Assembly (NCBI RefSeq): GCF_001194135.2
Contig: NC_068986.1
Coordinates: forward strand, 23,987,674 to 24,043,879
Origin: Octopus bimaculoides
Taxonomy: Eukaryota
DNA: 56,206 nt
Direction of reading: 5' to 3'
This document shows, piece by piece, positions 12,331 through 26,289 of this stretch. The notes under the pieces were generated by a model. It searched no databases and was not told the DNA's origin. It worked only from the letters and a program-made list of their open reading frames with translations. The stretch's first letter is position 1. Every line of letters starts with the position of its first letter. The translations under genes and the position numbers were made by a program.

Positions 12331-13330
12331 TACGAGAATCGGCTGAAAGTTCATAGTCTGACAAAGATTCTCTTATGGAATGTAACCAACAATTTCTCTT
12401 GCAACATAGACTACCTTACAAGATAGTCTCCCTTGCGGTCCACGCACTCCTTGCATCAGTGTTGCAGGGCTTGGATCTCATTGATGAAGGAGCTTTTTAC
12501 CCTGTTGCTCAAAAATGTTTTCAACATTAGACATGACGTCATCATCAATGCAATACTGGTTCGCAGCCGGTTCTTTTATCACGGTAGGGAACAGATGATC
12601 ACTAGATGGGTCAAATCAAGAGAAGAGGAAGAGCGATCAACCAGTTCAATGTCATAGTCACGCAGAGCCCCCGTTGAGTCCAAGGACTTGTGTAGTGAAC
12701 CATTATCCTGATAAAACAATTCATGTTTCTTAGGCGTTTGGTCATTCGTAACTGCCACAAGTTGGCAGAGTGCTTTCCATTGTGGGTGTGACTCTTTTGA
12801 AGATAGTCAATAAATACAATACCTTTTGCGACCCAAAACACTGAGGCCGTGACCTTCCCTTTACAGGAAACGACTTTGGTATCTTTGGGGGCAGATTAGG
12901 AGGGGGTGTTTCCACTGCATGGACTGTTTCTTTGTCTCTAGCTCGGACTGTTCCTTTCTCATCCTGGGTTAAGAAAGGATCAAGTAAATCAGCTGCATCT
13001 GTCTCAAGCAATGTCAGAATTTTCCTTAATGTGATCTGCCTGGTGCGCTTTTGTAGAGGGGTCAGGAGACGTGGCACCTGGCGGGCAGAAATGTTCGTCA
13101 TACCAAGTGCATTTTGCTAAATATTCTCAGCTCTCTAACGAGATATGCTAATAGCATTGTGCATTTGATATATAGTCAATCGCCTGTCATCCATCGTCAT
13201 ACGGTGAACACAGTGAATGTAATGGAAGTTGCAGGACATCTAAAACCTAGGTTATATTATAGCGTTTCCCTCCCCCTATTAAATTTACCGCCTCACTTTT
13301 GCACTGAACATAAACCTGGAGTGTCATCCC
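12331..13330 (-). mobile_element. mariner (DD34D-type) transposon relic
   Basis: ORFs 12742-13101(-) and 12611-12841(-) give DPFLTQDE and FWVAKGIVFIDYLQK. Frameshifted LFYQDNGSLHKS and DPSSDHLFP follow. A TIR-like end TA|CGAGAATCGGCTGAAAGTTCATAG lies at 12331; the other TIR was not found. Confidence 0.9.
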
Positions 13331-13584
13331 TTAATATAGAAACGATGTGTGCATCAATATCATTGGATGTTAAAACCATTTTCTACAGATACTTGATAAA
13401 AACACAATTCCAAATTTTCGCAATTTCAAGAGAAATTCTTAGCAGTTACATTTCATTCTATTTTTAATAGTCACATATCAGTTTACCTGAACAGGAACAA
13501 TGCGGTTATTAATAAGCATAGTTGAAATTAATCCATGAAATATTTCATAGCTCTGGCATCACTCCTTCATGTATATATATATAT

Positions 13585-13747
13585 GGCTGAAAGGTAGAGA
13601 AAACAAAAGACAAAGATAGGTGGCAGGGGAACAAGTAGGTCTGACGCCCGGGATGAATGGAAAAGTCTTTAACGTTTCGAGCTTACGCTCTTCGCCAAAA
13701 AGGGATGAGGGGAAAAAATGGAGAGAGAAAATATGTTCGGATTAACG

Positions 13748-13755
<8 letters not shown>
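13585..13755 (-). mobile_element. Probable PLE pseudo-LTR fragment
   Basis: Contains the degenerate hammerhead-like motif at 13667-13702; flanked by (TA)n and (CA)n. Confidence 0.5.
13667..13702 (-). ncRNA. Degenerate minimal type I hammerhead-like motif
   Basis: Minus strand: cttt TTGGCGA A GAGC gtaa GCTC GAAACGT T aaag. Stem I (cttt/aaag), stem II (GAGC/GCTC) and a palindromic ACGT stem III are present; the core is 5/7 to CTGACGA. Confidence 0.5.
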
Positions 13756-13793
<38 letters not shown>

Positions 13794-15433
13794 TATAAAT
13801 ACACATCTATATAAACAGAGGTAGAGAACTTTGTAATACAAGAACAACTAACACACAGTATTTTCACGAAGAAAGCAATGTTTTCCTATCGCTATCTGAA
13901 TTTGTACAATAAAGAAATGATAAAAAATGTTTTTGATGTGACTGTAATCAAGCTGTAATTTACTTACGTTTTCACAAATTAATCTTACATTTATTTTATC
14001 TTACATTTATATCTGAATTACTTTCAAATGGAACCATGAGTGTTATATTATATATGATGGCACTAACATAATTTGCTTCCTGATGTGTATCAAATGCAAC
14101 TTAATCGGCTTGAGGCGATACTTTACGATGAATCAGTAAAGTCAAAACTTTTCAAGTACAATTTGAAATTGTGTCACAAATTCATATTCAGAAATTTTAG
14201 CGTTGGAAGGAACATTCACAAAGGAATTGATATAAAACAAGAAATGCAATCGTAATACTTTCAGTACGATTTGAACCTGCTGTTTCAGTTAGCTAGGTTT
14301 TGATTCTGGTGGTGATACTGCAACAAGAAATGAATACAAGGTGAAATGAAGTCAACATATTTCAAATACGATTTGAAAATATGCTTTGAAAATAACTCGC
14401 AAGGGTTTTAAAGATCATGCTTCTCTACACGAATCTTAAATAACTTCACCTGAGTTATAAGGTTTCTTTAAATATCAAGACAAAGTTCATAAGAAGAAGA
14501 AATACTAGAACTGTTGGATTATTTTCGTCTTAGACAGCACAGTTTCACTTGGCAACAAACCAAAATGAGAAAGATTTAAAGATGAGTAATTAAATTTAAT
14601 CGGTCTTTGTCGGATATTTAAAGAGATATCGAGGAGCAATCGGAAAACAAAAGGTCAAAGTTTGTTTTTAAATAAAAGATATTACCCAAAATTGACATTT
14701 CTGTACGAGATGAAAGATTTATTAAATGCCATGAAAGAGATTCAGTAAGACAGGAATTGGTTTATACGGTGAAGATTTAACGTTAAATTGCATCAGACAA
14801 TTTTATTGGATTTGTGTGTTTTTGTTAGTATCACTCGTATACTTTGGCATCATACCAGCAAATTCTATTGAAAGACTGATCACTTCATTAATGCTTGCAA
14901 TTTATCTCTTGGTGGAACATATAAAATGTAATTACGTATTTTATTTGTGCCGTTTTAATCAAGTAGTATTTGCCTGATGGAAGAGTTTAATTAAATGTAT
15001 TGCGCCATCATATATTCCTCAATGTCGCTAACTTCTTTTAGTTTCCATGTATAAATGTAGGATCATTAATCGTATTTATCGCTTCTTTTATCTTATTGTT
15101 ATGTCTTAAACCAGTTCAGTGTCTGCTTATTGCAAGTGCAATACAAAAGCATTGTAGGTCAATTAATGTGTGTCTAGTGGATAAAATGTTCTTTGAATTT
15201 GAACTTTCTTACGCCCCCTGTCACTATTATTGATGAAAACTATCTACGGATTAAATCATCTGCTACGATGACTCAGCTTCAAACTTTATATTATACCAAT
15301 TTCGAATAGTGTGTAGTAAATATCCTGTCATGAGATAAGGGAATCATCGATAAACAGAGAAGACCGGCAAGGAGTTGGCTGTCAACAAATAATCGAATCG
15401 GAGATGTGTGAGTTAAAATGAATGCAGTTGAGA

Positions 15434-15575
15434 AGGAAGTCGGGTGAAGTGGTTAAGAAGCTTGCTTTACAATACCAAGGTCGTAAGTTCGGTCACACTG
15501 CATGGAAACTTTAACAAACATTTGTTATCTTAGCTTCGGGTCGGCCCACATATTGTGAGTAAAAATGAGTAAAAA
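15434..15575 (+). mobile_element. Older, degenerate SINE family A 5' part
   Basis: gtggttaagaagcttgctttac...gttcggtcacactgcatgg...tcgggtcggccc...ttgtgagt aligns to the head of 15631-16036. Confidence 0.65.
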
Positions 15576-15630
15576 GATGGCTGGATTGTAAGTGTAACTC
15601 CAATGTTCAATAACATTATATATATATATA

Positions 15631-16036
15631 GGCGCAGGAGTGGCTGTGTGATAAGTAGCTTGCTTACCAACCACATGGTTCCGGGTTCATTCGCACTGCG
15701 TGGCACCTTGGGCAAGTGTCTTCTACTATAGCCTCGGCCCGATCAAAACCTTGTGAGTGGATTTGGTAGACGGAAACTGAAAGATGCCCGTCGTATATAT
15801 GTATATATATATATATGTGTGTGTGTATATATGTTTGTGCGTCTGTGTTTGTCCCCCCAACATTGCTTGAAAACCGATGGTGGTGTGTTTGCGTCACCGT
15901 AACTTAGCGGTTCGGCAAAAGAGACCGATAGAATAAGTTCTAGGCTTACAGAGAATAAGTCCTGGGGTCGATTTTCTCGACTAAAGGTGATGCTCCTGCA
16001 TTGCCGTAGTCAAATGACTGAAACGGGTAAAAGAGT
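15631..16036 (+). mobile_element. tRNA-derived SINE, family A, near full length, inserted in (TA)n
   Basis: Head ggcgcaggagtggctgtgtgataag with B-box-like ggttcattc, conserved body, internal (TA)/(TG) tract and taaaagag tail; flanked both sides by (TA)n. Confidence 0.95.
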
Positions 16037-17420
16037 ATATATATATATATATAAGAAGTGTGTATACTTGTGAATAAATCACAATTATAATGGAGAGGGT
16101 TGCAAAACCCTTAAATGTTTAGAAATAGCAGTCAAAACCGCTATAAATCTACTATAACCACTTATATTATATCTATTCACAATAAAGCTGTCGGCGGGCT
16201 ACATGATATGAAATTCAAAACTTAAATAAAAGGTTTGTCCTCTATTGCAATTTCGAAGTCAGGCAGCAAAACGGTTCCACTCTTCTCTCTATATAGTTTT
16301 TAACACTGAAACGCGAAGCAGATAAAAACAATAATAATGTGTAAATATTGAGGTAAAAAGCTCTTAAGCTGTAAAGATCGCTAGCTGTGTGTGCATATAT
16401 ATTAGCTTACACACACTCCTGATCACGTACGTACATACACACACAAACACATGATTTAATCCAAATGATAAAATGTACATTGCCCAGTTATAAAGAAATG
16501 ATGTACTTCTCTGTGAACCTCGTGTCATATACGCTATCAAAAGGCATGATGTGTTTTTGATGAATATTGTATGTGCTTGTGATGTTGATTTTTCTTAGAA
16601 GTAATGTGCGCTGGTGCACATTGATCGATTTGTTTTCGTGGAAACTTTCAATACATACACAAAACTTACATGTCACTTAGCTTTTCATACAGATCTATGT
16701 ATTATATTATTCGTCACATGCGTTTATCTTTAATTATTTTTTGAGCAAATTTAATCTTACAAGAAAGGTGAAGAAAACCTTTCGAGAGTTCGTAGCAATC
16801 TTTCTAAAAGGAACGTCTACGGTCTAATTTTTTCGACTTGACTAAGTATTTTTTCATATCGTTTCCCTGTCCGACGCCCGTGGTGAATGTATGAACGTTA
16901 CAGGAATTATTAAAACATATCTTAAAACATTTAGGATATTTTTAAATGTGGAAGGAAAGTGTGAAATTTTCTACTGTATTCTCTACTACGACATTACTAT
17001 GTAGTTTACTTAAACAGTCGTAAGTATAAAAATATATATTTATATATCCGTCATAGGTATTACAAGCAATATGGAATTGAAATACCCGTCAATATGAACT
17101 AGTTAATGTAAATAGGTTGTTGGAAGACAATTTGCTCTATTAATCGTCCGGAGAACATCTCTCTTTTATACATGTGTACGTTCAAAACACAATACATATC
17201 GAGCGGAGGGTGGGCGGAAGTCGTCTGGACAACAGCTAATGAGAAAGCCTAATGCATTTTAGCCTCATTTCGCTAGGTTTCTGGTGTATAATCACATGGT
17301 TAAACACAGTTTTATACCATTCGGTGTGTAAGAATTAGTGAATAAGTATTGAATGGTATTGGGAGCAGCCGTCCAGCTGAATAAAAAAATCCCTTATTTG
17401 GACTAGAAGCAGCAGCAGAT

Positions 17421-17467
17421 ATCTCGATCGTGGGTGCAACACACCTAACCACTGCACCACGCGTCTC
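17421..17467 (-). mobile_element. tRNA-like SINE head fragment (family C)
   Basis: Reverse complement gagacgcgtggtgcagtggttaggtgtgttgcacccacgatcgagat has an A-box-like TGGTGCAGTGG and resembles 51046 onward. Confidence 0.5.
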
Positions 17468-17524
17468 TCTCTCTCCCCCTCTCTCTCCCCCTCTCTCTCT
17501 CTCCCTCTCTCTCTCTCTCTCTCG

Positions 17525-17562
<38 letters not shown>

Positions 17563-17677
17563 GGATTTGTGTGTGTGTATAGATATATTGATATAGATAT
17601 AGATATATACAGTAGCACCTCGGTTTTCGAAAAATTCTTATCGTGAATAAATCGTGCTTTATACATATATATACATG

Positions 17678-17712
<35 letters not shown>

Positions 17713-17775
17713 NNNNNNNNNNNNNNNNNNNNNNNNNNNNNNNNNNNNNNNNNNNNNNNNNNNNNNNNNNNNNNN

Positions 17776-17821
<46 letters not shown>

Positions 17822-17870
17822 GTGTGTGTGTGTGTGTGTGCGTGTGTGTTTGTGTGTGTGTGTGTGTGTG
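17465..17870. repeat. Compound (CT)n, (TA)n, gap 17713-17775, (GT)n
   Basis: Simple repeats flanking an N run. Confidence 0.95.
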
Positions 17871-19949
17871 TAGAAGGATAAAAATCTAGAGATTCGAATG
17901 TAGGAAGTTTGTAAACTACAAGCTGTTCGTAGCAGGTAGAAGAAAAAGAGAAAAAAAAATGGACAGTGTAGGATAAGAAGTAATAACAATTACATCAAAG
18001 ACTCCTATATATCACTATTACTTCAGAGAATCAGCTGACTAAGATATGTAGCTTGCATTTTACCTGTTCCACTGTCTCAGTATTTGTGTGTATGTATATA
18101 TATATATATATATATAGTCTTGTATATTTGTAGACTCACATATATTAGTATATATGTTTGTATTTGTATATGTATATGTATGTGTGTTACACTGTTGTTA
18201 CGTTATTACAAATTATAAATTTAACTAATAATTCTAATTTCCTTCCTTCATATTGTTTTCATTGTATTTTTAGAAACAGAACTGACTATTTTGTTATAAA
18301 ATATTGACCTTAATCTATCTCCAATTAAAAATATTTTAAAGAATTTCATCGTTTCCCCCTTCATTCTTTCACCTCTTAGTTGTCAACCTTACTTTCAAGT
18401 TTTCCTTCAGAAAATCAGAATTCGGCAGCAGGCTGCTCAACGTAACACTACTGACTACATGAGAGTCCCTGATACTCCTAAGACAGACTATAAAGCTATT
18501 GTCACTCTCCTCTCTATTCATACTAACGAAGTAAAAGAGAGAAGACCGTAGTCACTGATCGAACATGTAATACCTTTATATTGAATATTTCTCCTTGAGT
18601 GAAGAGATGGAAAATTAATAATTCAGACCCAGAACCAAATGGTTAAATGCATTCGAATGTACAATTAATAGGTCTGTTTGAACAATTAGTAGGTCTGAGG
18701 CATTTCTGGTTTATTATTCTATATGAAACGAATAATTTCCCCCATATATTAAAAATTCATGAAACGAATACACATCACGAATTAAGATGATGAGTTTAAA
18801 TAGAAGCTTCCTAAACTGCTAATTAAATCAGTATTTGCATCGCAATTCCCTTATTGTACTTGATTGGTTTGAGAGAAGAGTATCAGACTATGAACAGCAG
18901 TGCAATATTTAGTGTTTCTGAATAGTTGTAGCAAAAGTGTGTAATGCTTTTATATGTTTGGTTGTTTAAGCTTAAATACAGCAGAATGGGCTCGCCAGAC
19001 CTTTTCTTTCCATCGCTTGCCAAACTAGTTGCATGTATTAGTCGGTTACTAAATGTCTAATAGCGTGTTAGCAACACTTTATTTTCAACACGGGAAAGAC
19101 CACTCTATCTCTGGAGCCTATCTAGGGCTGTAGAAACCCTTGCATTCTGCCTAGCTTGGTCTTTGGCAGCAGCCATTGACCACACAGCACGTCTCTTTGG
19201 ACCAGCGTCGATGAACCAGACGCCAGCCTCTCACACAACTGTCTTCCAACAGACTTCTCCGGTCTTCATCGTTACCGCAACAGGCAGCTGACCTCAGCCA
19301 CATCAACAAACCCAGCAAAAATGAAATCATTTAAACCTTTGTTCCAGACTGTAATATAATCATTATTTTCTTTCGGCAATTTTATTTTCATAACGAGAGG
19401 AATAAATCGTCGCTTATTTGAATTCATACAAATCCATCGTTGCTTACTTCTTTCTCCGTTATAACTTTCCAAGTGTTAATGCATCTAAACAATATGAGGT
19501 TAAATGTGCATACACTTCTTATATTTTCTGCCGAGGAAATCAAGTAGTCATTCACACATATAAGTTTCGAGCGTCTAAAAGGTCTAGGATCTCTTTCTTA
19601 TAATTCATTTACAGCATCTGATATATGATGTTCTTTCTCCCAAAGTCAGCAATAAAATAATCTATAACCAGTTATTTGCAATCAGAATTTCCTCTCGCTT
19701 ATTTAGGACCACATTGTCCAAAGTCCTTCACTTTTCAAAGTTTAAGGCTAGAGTTATATAAATCGGTTGCTATGTCTAGGAGGCCAAATGAACATGAGCG
19801 GAAGACATCTCACTAGCTCGTGTATTGTGTATTTTTATGATACATTTCTAATCAGGACAATCCTGCTTTAAGTTTGCTAGAATAAATATTAATTAAAATC
19901 AAATACATATCCGTATACCAAATATTCCAAGAACTTGAAATGCTTCTTT

Positions 19950-20960
19950 CGGTAGGAAATTAAAGAATCACTCGTCTTTTGAGAGTCGAAAGTGCTTGCG
20001 GTTTTTGAGTTGCAAGAGTCGTTCAGATTGATAAAACCTATCCAGTTGTGGGCGAAAATGTTTTTCAACAAGCATGGTAGATCGGGTTCTTTGAACTAAT
20101 GCACCGACGTTATGAGTAAGCCACTTAACGGAATTGGAGTTCTGGTTTGTGTGAAATGCAGAAGGGGATTTTTTGAGCCAACTGCCTACCTGTCAATCAT
20201 AGTTAAAGAGTGAGGCACAATCTACTGGAGATGGATACACAGAAATGCTTCAGTTTCTATTAATGAAGGCTATGTGTTCCAGAAAGTAGGAGACGTTATC
20301 TAGAATATGCGTGTGATTTAAAGTTGCGTTAATGTATTGGTTGGAGAAAGCGTTAGGTGAAGAAACAGTGATAGTTTATCAGAAGTTAGGATTTGAAATC
20401 AGAAAAAGATAAGTAGTGTCTGGCATGTCTGTATGCTAGCAATGAAACTTACTGGTGTAAGGAGGTGAGCACTGCAAATTCCTACACTGGCCGCGTCTGT
20501 GTACAATATGTTTATGTTCGAGAAAAAGACTGTTGAGAGAACTGAAGTCATGGAGGATGTTGTTTTTAGTTCTATATTATCAATCGGTGTAGGAAATGCT
20601 GTTTGGTATTAGAGGAAAGAAACTGCATTTTTACAGATGTATAGAAGTGCGGTACATTAAATCACAATAACTAGAATTCCTCGTTGATGATATCCAGATG
20701 TGAAAGTCGAATGCGGAAGAGAGTGGAATGTAGCAGTTACTATTGTCACACAGCAGTTTACGTGTGAATTTTAATATATGCAACGGAGATGATCGATGTA
20801 TATGGAGCGAGGTAAAGAGCGTTTGTGGGGACAATCGAATATATGAACAGGCGATTAGATGATTGGTAGAATCTAGTTTGGAAATGTATGTGGTGTCAGT
20901 GTTTCATGAAATATAGGAAACGGAAGCATCTGCCGGAGATTGTTCCCAATTCACATGACC
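19950..20960 (-). mobile_element. Possible CR1/Jockey-type LINE relic (AP-endonuclease region)
   Basis: Scattered fragments such as NSNSVKWLTHN; heavily decayed. Confidence 0.35.
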
Positions 20961-21438
20961 TAATGTGAAGAAAAACGTTTCAGTAGAGATAATAACAATT
21001 GCGATCAGTCAAAGACAGGTAACAAGAATCAGCCTCAGAGAAAGGGGTTTAGACGGAAGAGAAAGAGGGGAGAGAGAAAGGGAGAGCGAGTGGTGGAAGA
21101 GAGAGACAGAGACAGACAGAGAGACGGAAACATATACAATAGTGACAAGAGCACCTATGGTCAACGAAGCATCATGGAGAGAATAAAAGATATAAAATGT
21201 AAAAGACGTGAGACGGAAGGCAGATAATTAAAGTCCTTCACATTCATAGTTAATATCCAGGAAATCACTTTAGCATTCTATAAATATTTTCAAGGGTTAC
21301 AGGTCGATGGTTGCTCAAGTTAATTTTTCAGTATGTATAGAAGAGCGTGTGCATTGCTGATCGGGTAAATGAATACACACATATATACACATATGTATCT
21401 GTGTGTATTTATATATCATATATAGATTCATATATAGA

Positions 21439-21474
<36 letters not shown>

Positions 21475-21630
21475 AAAATTGAAAGTGTTATCAATTTCGG
21501 ATTGCTGGTGACTTTATCCTTCCATTATTTCAAATGTCTTTCTGCTATGGAGTTATTCTGTATGAATCATCGACTAAACTATAACGAAACAACTAATACA
21601 ATGCTTTAATGTCTTTATATGCACACACAT

Positions 21631-21672
<42 letters not shown>

Positions 21673-21879
21673 GTAAGCACAAACACATATACATACATAC
21701 TCATGCATATGAACATGTATGCTTGTATATACGTATGAATGCATGTATGTATGTACGTACGACCTTACGTCTGTATGTATGTAGGAATATATGCATGTAT
21801 GTATGTATGTATGTATCTATGTATGTATGCATTACTACTTTTAAATTGGTTACTTAGAGAATAGCCCTTTGACGTTAGA

Positions 21880-23520
21880 ACATATCAAGGCGCGGATATT
21901 GAAAGCAACTATCATTTATCAATAGGGGTGTTTCAGTTAAGGCTGAAGGCTAAAAATAGAAAGAAGAGATTACCAGTTTTGATACATAAAAGTTGAAGGG
22001 TTATAGATTTAATGATGAATTTGTAATTGAATGTCGGAATCGATTTCTAGTGCTTTAAGCTATAGATGGAAATGCAGACATGAACGGCTCGTAGAGGAAT
22101 GAAAATCAAGTATTGCAGAATATATCCAAAATTGTTCGAGGCGGATTAAAGATAGCCAAAAAGGAAAGAGATTGGAATTTTAGATGCAATATGAGAATTA
22201 ATTTAGCAAACAGAGCAAAAATGTATTGTGAAATATTTGAGAGGGAGTTGAGTAGTTCACTCTACTGATACGTGGAAAAAGGATTCAATAAAGAATGTAG
22301 AAAAATTCTTTGAATTGAAAGTTATTAAGGAAAGTAAATAACAAAATGCAAGAACTAGTAAGAGAATCACATATAAAATAATGAATGAAAATATAGTAAA
22401 AATGAAGGAATCAGAATGACACTGGTAGGGGAAGGAATTACCTCTGAAGTAAGCCCTCGAGTTAAATGGAATGGACATTTTAAAACAGTGGTAAGGGATG
22501 CGTTTAATAAGGCGAAACGCTGATAATTAGTGAACAATTCAGGGAGATATGAAAAAAATGTGTTCAAGGAAAAAAACATTTAGCAATTAAAAACTGAAAG
22601 GCTCCTCCTAGATTAGCAACAATTTCTGCGGAAATGCTAAAAAAAATATAAGCGAGAAATTGGATGTGAAATAACGATTTTGTAAAGCTAAAACTGGCGA
22701 ACTGAGAGTTTGGTGTAGAAGAGAGTGGTCAGAATTGGGGAAGTTGGGGAGAAAGCATAATGCTCAACAATATAGGGAAAAAACATTCAGTTTGGTTAGC
22801 TTGCCTCTTATGACGAAGACATAGAATAGTATATTAAGGAATGAATGATCAAACATCTGGGGACCGTGATAATGCTCTTTTTCCCAGGCGTAGTATACGA
22901 AAGTATGCTGATTGCTGGTAGGTTTTGATAATTGCTCTTGTAAACATTGTAAAGGTTTTTGATCATCTACATAGGGTAAGATTTTCCAACGTATTTCGTC
23001 ATTGTGGTTTGCCGGTAAATTTTACATCAACCTAATGAATGCCATATAACAAGAACTTGAATGTTGAATAAACATGGACGACCAGCTGTCTTATTCTAAA
23101 GAGTCACGCCATGAAAGAAAAAACGTTGGAGATGGAAGAAAAGAAACCAAAAGGATTTGGGAAAGTATTTGGCGGATTTGAGTCATACTGGATGTCATTG
23201 TTTTGATGTGAAGTGAAACATTAAGAACACAAAAGATTATATACATATCTCAGAAGTGAAATGCGATCTGGACTTCAAGATAAAGGATTAAATAAGTATC
23301 AAATAAAACTTAAAGAAGACCAATCCCCAGACAGAAAAATTGTGACATTGAATGGTCCGAAAGAATAAGAATTAAATTTCTTTGAATATTTTGGAAATGT
23401 TTATTGAAAGTAATGGATATTTAGAAATCGAGTGAAAGGAGTGCGTTGACATGATTTCAAATCACTTTGGTGGTACATACGAAAATATAAACCATGTACG
23501 TCATTATAAAGAAATTTTAT
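21880..23520 (+). mobile_element. RTE-type LINE relic (RT region)
   Basis: ALVNIVKVFDHLHRVRFSNVFRHCGLP near 22930-23015 resembles FVDFEKAFDSVHRxxLWxILxHYGxP. ELNFFEYFGN near 23370-23400 resembles VxxFxYLGS. The + strand is purine-rich. Confidence 0.6.
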
Positions 23521-23706
23521 AATACGTAGAAGAGCTGAACTAAAACTTCAGCTAAACGATTTAATGATTTTGAAAATAAAGTATTACGTGGAATTTGGTG
23601 TGAAATAGCAGGATGATTTTGTGCGGAAATGAATTGGGTGGAGGTATAACGAATATATCATACAGACTTGAAGAAATAATCCTTTCTACTACTGGCACGC
23701 TTTCTC

Positions 23707-23769
<63 letters not shown>

Positions 23770-24551
23770 CTATATGTATACACACACAAACACACACACA
23801 CATATACATATATATTTACATACGTACACACACACATATATCTACATGTACACATATATTGTTATACTTACATATGTATATTTTTGCATATAAATAAATA
23901 CGCACACAGGCAGATGTGTGATTGTGCTTGCGCGTGTGTGTGTGTGCGCGTGCGAGTGTGTGCATGATTGTGTGTGTATGCGTTTGTGTGTATGAGAACA
24001 TGTGCATACAAAGTCATGGTTGTTTAGATACCAAGCAAGTTGCGATAAAATATCCTCTCATGTTTAAGAAGAGAAGTTTAGAATTGAATTTCTAAAGGAA
24101 AATCTGTCATTGCAGCTTCATTAAAGTTCTCCATAAACCAACTGGTTAAAGGCGAGAAAACCGCAATTAGACAATACAAACCATATAAAAGAAAATCACA
24201 TGACATTCCGTAACATACTTAAGTATGAGTAATAACGTATGGTATCTGGAGAAACGGGAATCTCATCTTTCAGAGATGGCCTTTCGTTTTGACAGAGATA
24301 AAGTGCTTTTTTCCCATTGTTCATCAATTAGATAACTTTTCACTTCCAAACTAAAGGATAGTTCTGCTCACAACATAAGAATTCATTCGTTCTCACAAAC
24401 AGTTCTGTGTACAGTCTGCAGAGGGATATCACAGTCGGGAGCTCGATGAAACAAAAAACAAAGATCAGCAACATAAAACGCGAAAGCAGTTGTACTATTC
24501 CTCTTATAAATTAGAGGCAGTGTTGAAGTGTAAAAATAGAAATGGCAACGC

Positions 24552-24598
<47 letters not shown>
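24552..24598. repeat. (CAT)n microsatellite
   Basis: Pure trinucleotide run; source of the poly-I and poly-M ORFs. Confidence 0.97.
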
Positions 24599-24900
24599 CC
24601 ATGACCACCACTACTACTGACATCCCCTTTTCATCGTCGGTCATCGACATTCGTAGCAGTGTCAGTTGTATTATCATCGATGTCGAGGATATGATATCCA
24701 ATACATTACCGGAGAAGCATTGGTTATATTTATATAATTGGATTAATAACGTAGATAATCAACGTAGGTATGATATGTATTCCAGGAACTAAAATATCTA
24801 TTGAGATATGTTGATATGTATTGGAAAAAAAATTTCAATACACATCGGAAACAGTTATTTCGACACAAAACAACGACACAGACGTACACACACAAATACA

Positions 24901-24978
<78 letters not shown>

Positions 24979-25544
24979 ATATATATGTGTGTATACATTG
25001 GGAGGGGGGGTCACTATGTCCATTAGTGTTTTATTTCAAAGCAAAGTAATAGCTTTTACTATATTAGTAATTTCGAAATTACAAACATAAATCATTATTT
25101 TTCTCACGTATCAGGGAAAACGTCTTTTATTTTAATGATAATTTTAAGTAATTTTTGTAGTAAATCAATTGTTTAGACATTCGCACGATGTTCTCAATTT
25201 TCTGTAATGTTGATTTCATAATTGGCGATTAGTTGCATTTGTGAATAGTTTGTGATATTGGAGATTATTTGTAATTGTGTATATATAAGCATGTATTAAT
25301 ATGTACGAAAATATACGTATTGATATACATATATATCCATATGCATATATACATACATATACATACATGCAAATTTTTATTCAAGGGTGCAAAATAATAC
25401 CAGAATTACTAGAAACAAGAGTCAAAAACGACTCAAAAAGCCACAAAAGCTACTGAATGAGTGTTTTTGTGGCTTTTTGTGTCGTTTTTGCTACTTGTCT
25501 CTAGCAATGCTGGTATTATTTTGTACCCTTCAAATATATATATA

Positions 25545-26174
25545 NNNNNNNNNNNNNNNNNNNNNNNNNNNNNNNNNNNNNNNNNNNNNNNNNNNNNNNN
25601 NNNNNNNNNNNNNNNNNNNNNNNNNNNNNNNNNNNNNNNNNNNNNNNNNNNNNNNNNNNNNNNNNNNNNNNNNNNNNNNNNNNNNNNNNNNNNNNNNNNN
25701 NNNNNNNNNNNNNNNNNNNNNNNNNNNNNNNNNNNNNNNNNNNNNNNNNNNNNNNNNNNNNNNNNNNNNNNNNNNNNNNNNNNNNNNNNNNNNNNNNNNN
25801 NNNNNNNNNNNNNNNNNNNNNNNNNNNNNNNNNNNNNNNNNNNNNNNNNNNNNNNNNNNNNNNNNNNNNNNNNNNNNNNNNNNNNNNNNNNNNNNNNNNN
25901 NNNNNNNNNNNNNNNNNNNNNNNNNNNNNNNNNNNNNNNNNNNNNNNNNNNNNNNNNNNNNNNNNNNNNNNNNNNNNNNNNNNNNNNNNNNNNNNNNNNN
26001 NNNNNNNNNNNNNNNNNNNNNNNNNNNNNNNNNNNNNNNNNNNNNNNNNNNNNNNNNNNNNNNNNNNNNNNNNNNNNNNNNNNNNNNNNNNNNNNNNNNN
26101 NNNNNNNNNNNNNNNNNNNNNNNNNNNNNNNNNNNNNNNNNNNNNNNNNNNNNNNNNNNNNNNNNNNNNNNNNN
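25545..26174. other. Assembly gap between (TA)n runs
   Basis: N run. Confidence 1.
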
Positions 26175-26289
26175 ATATATATATATATACATGCATAACA
26201 CATACTGCATACATGCATTTATAAACATTCTGGGACACTCTCCTCTAAGTCTCTTCCTGCTCCATGAAGCTTCTCACCACTCATACACT

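Noticed and set aside
15631-15700. tRNA-like A/B boxes at SINE heads (also 36840, 47166, 51046, 51703)
   Set aside because: No cloverleaf with acceptor stem, and they continue into SINE bodies, so they are not tRNA genes.
19060-19290. GC-richer island that looks like an old repeat or exon
   Set aside because: No convincing motif, open frame or splice pair that I could assign.
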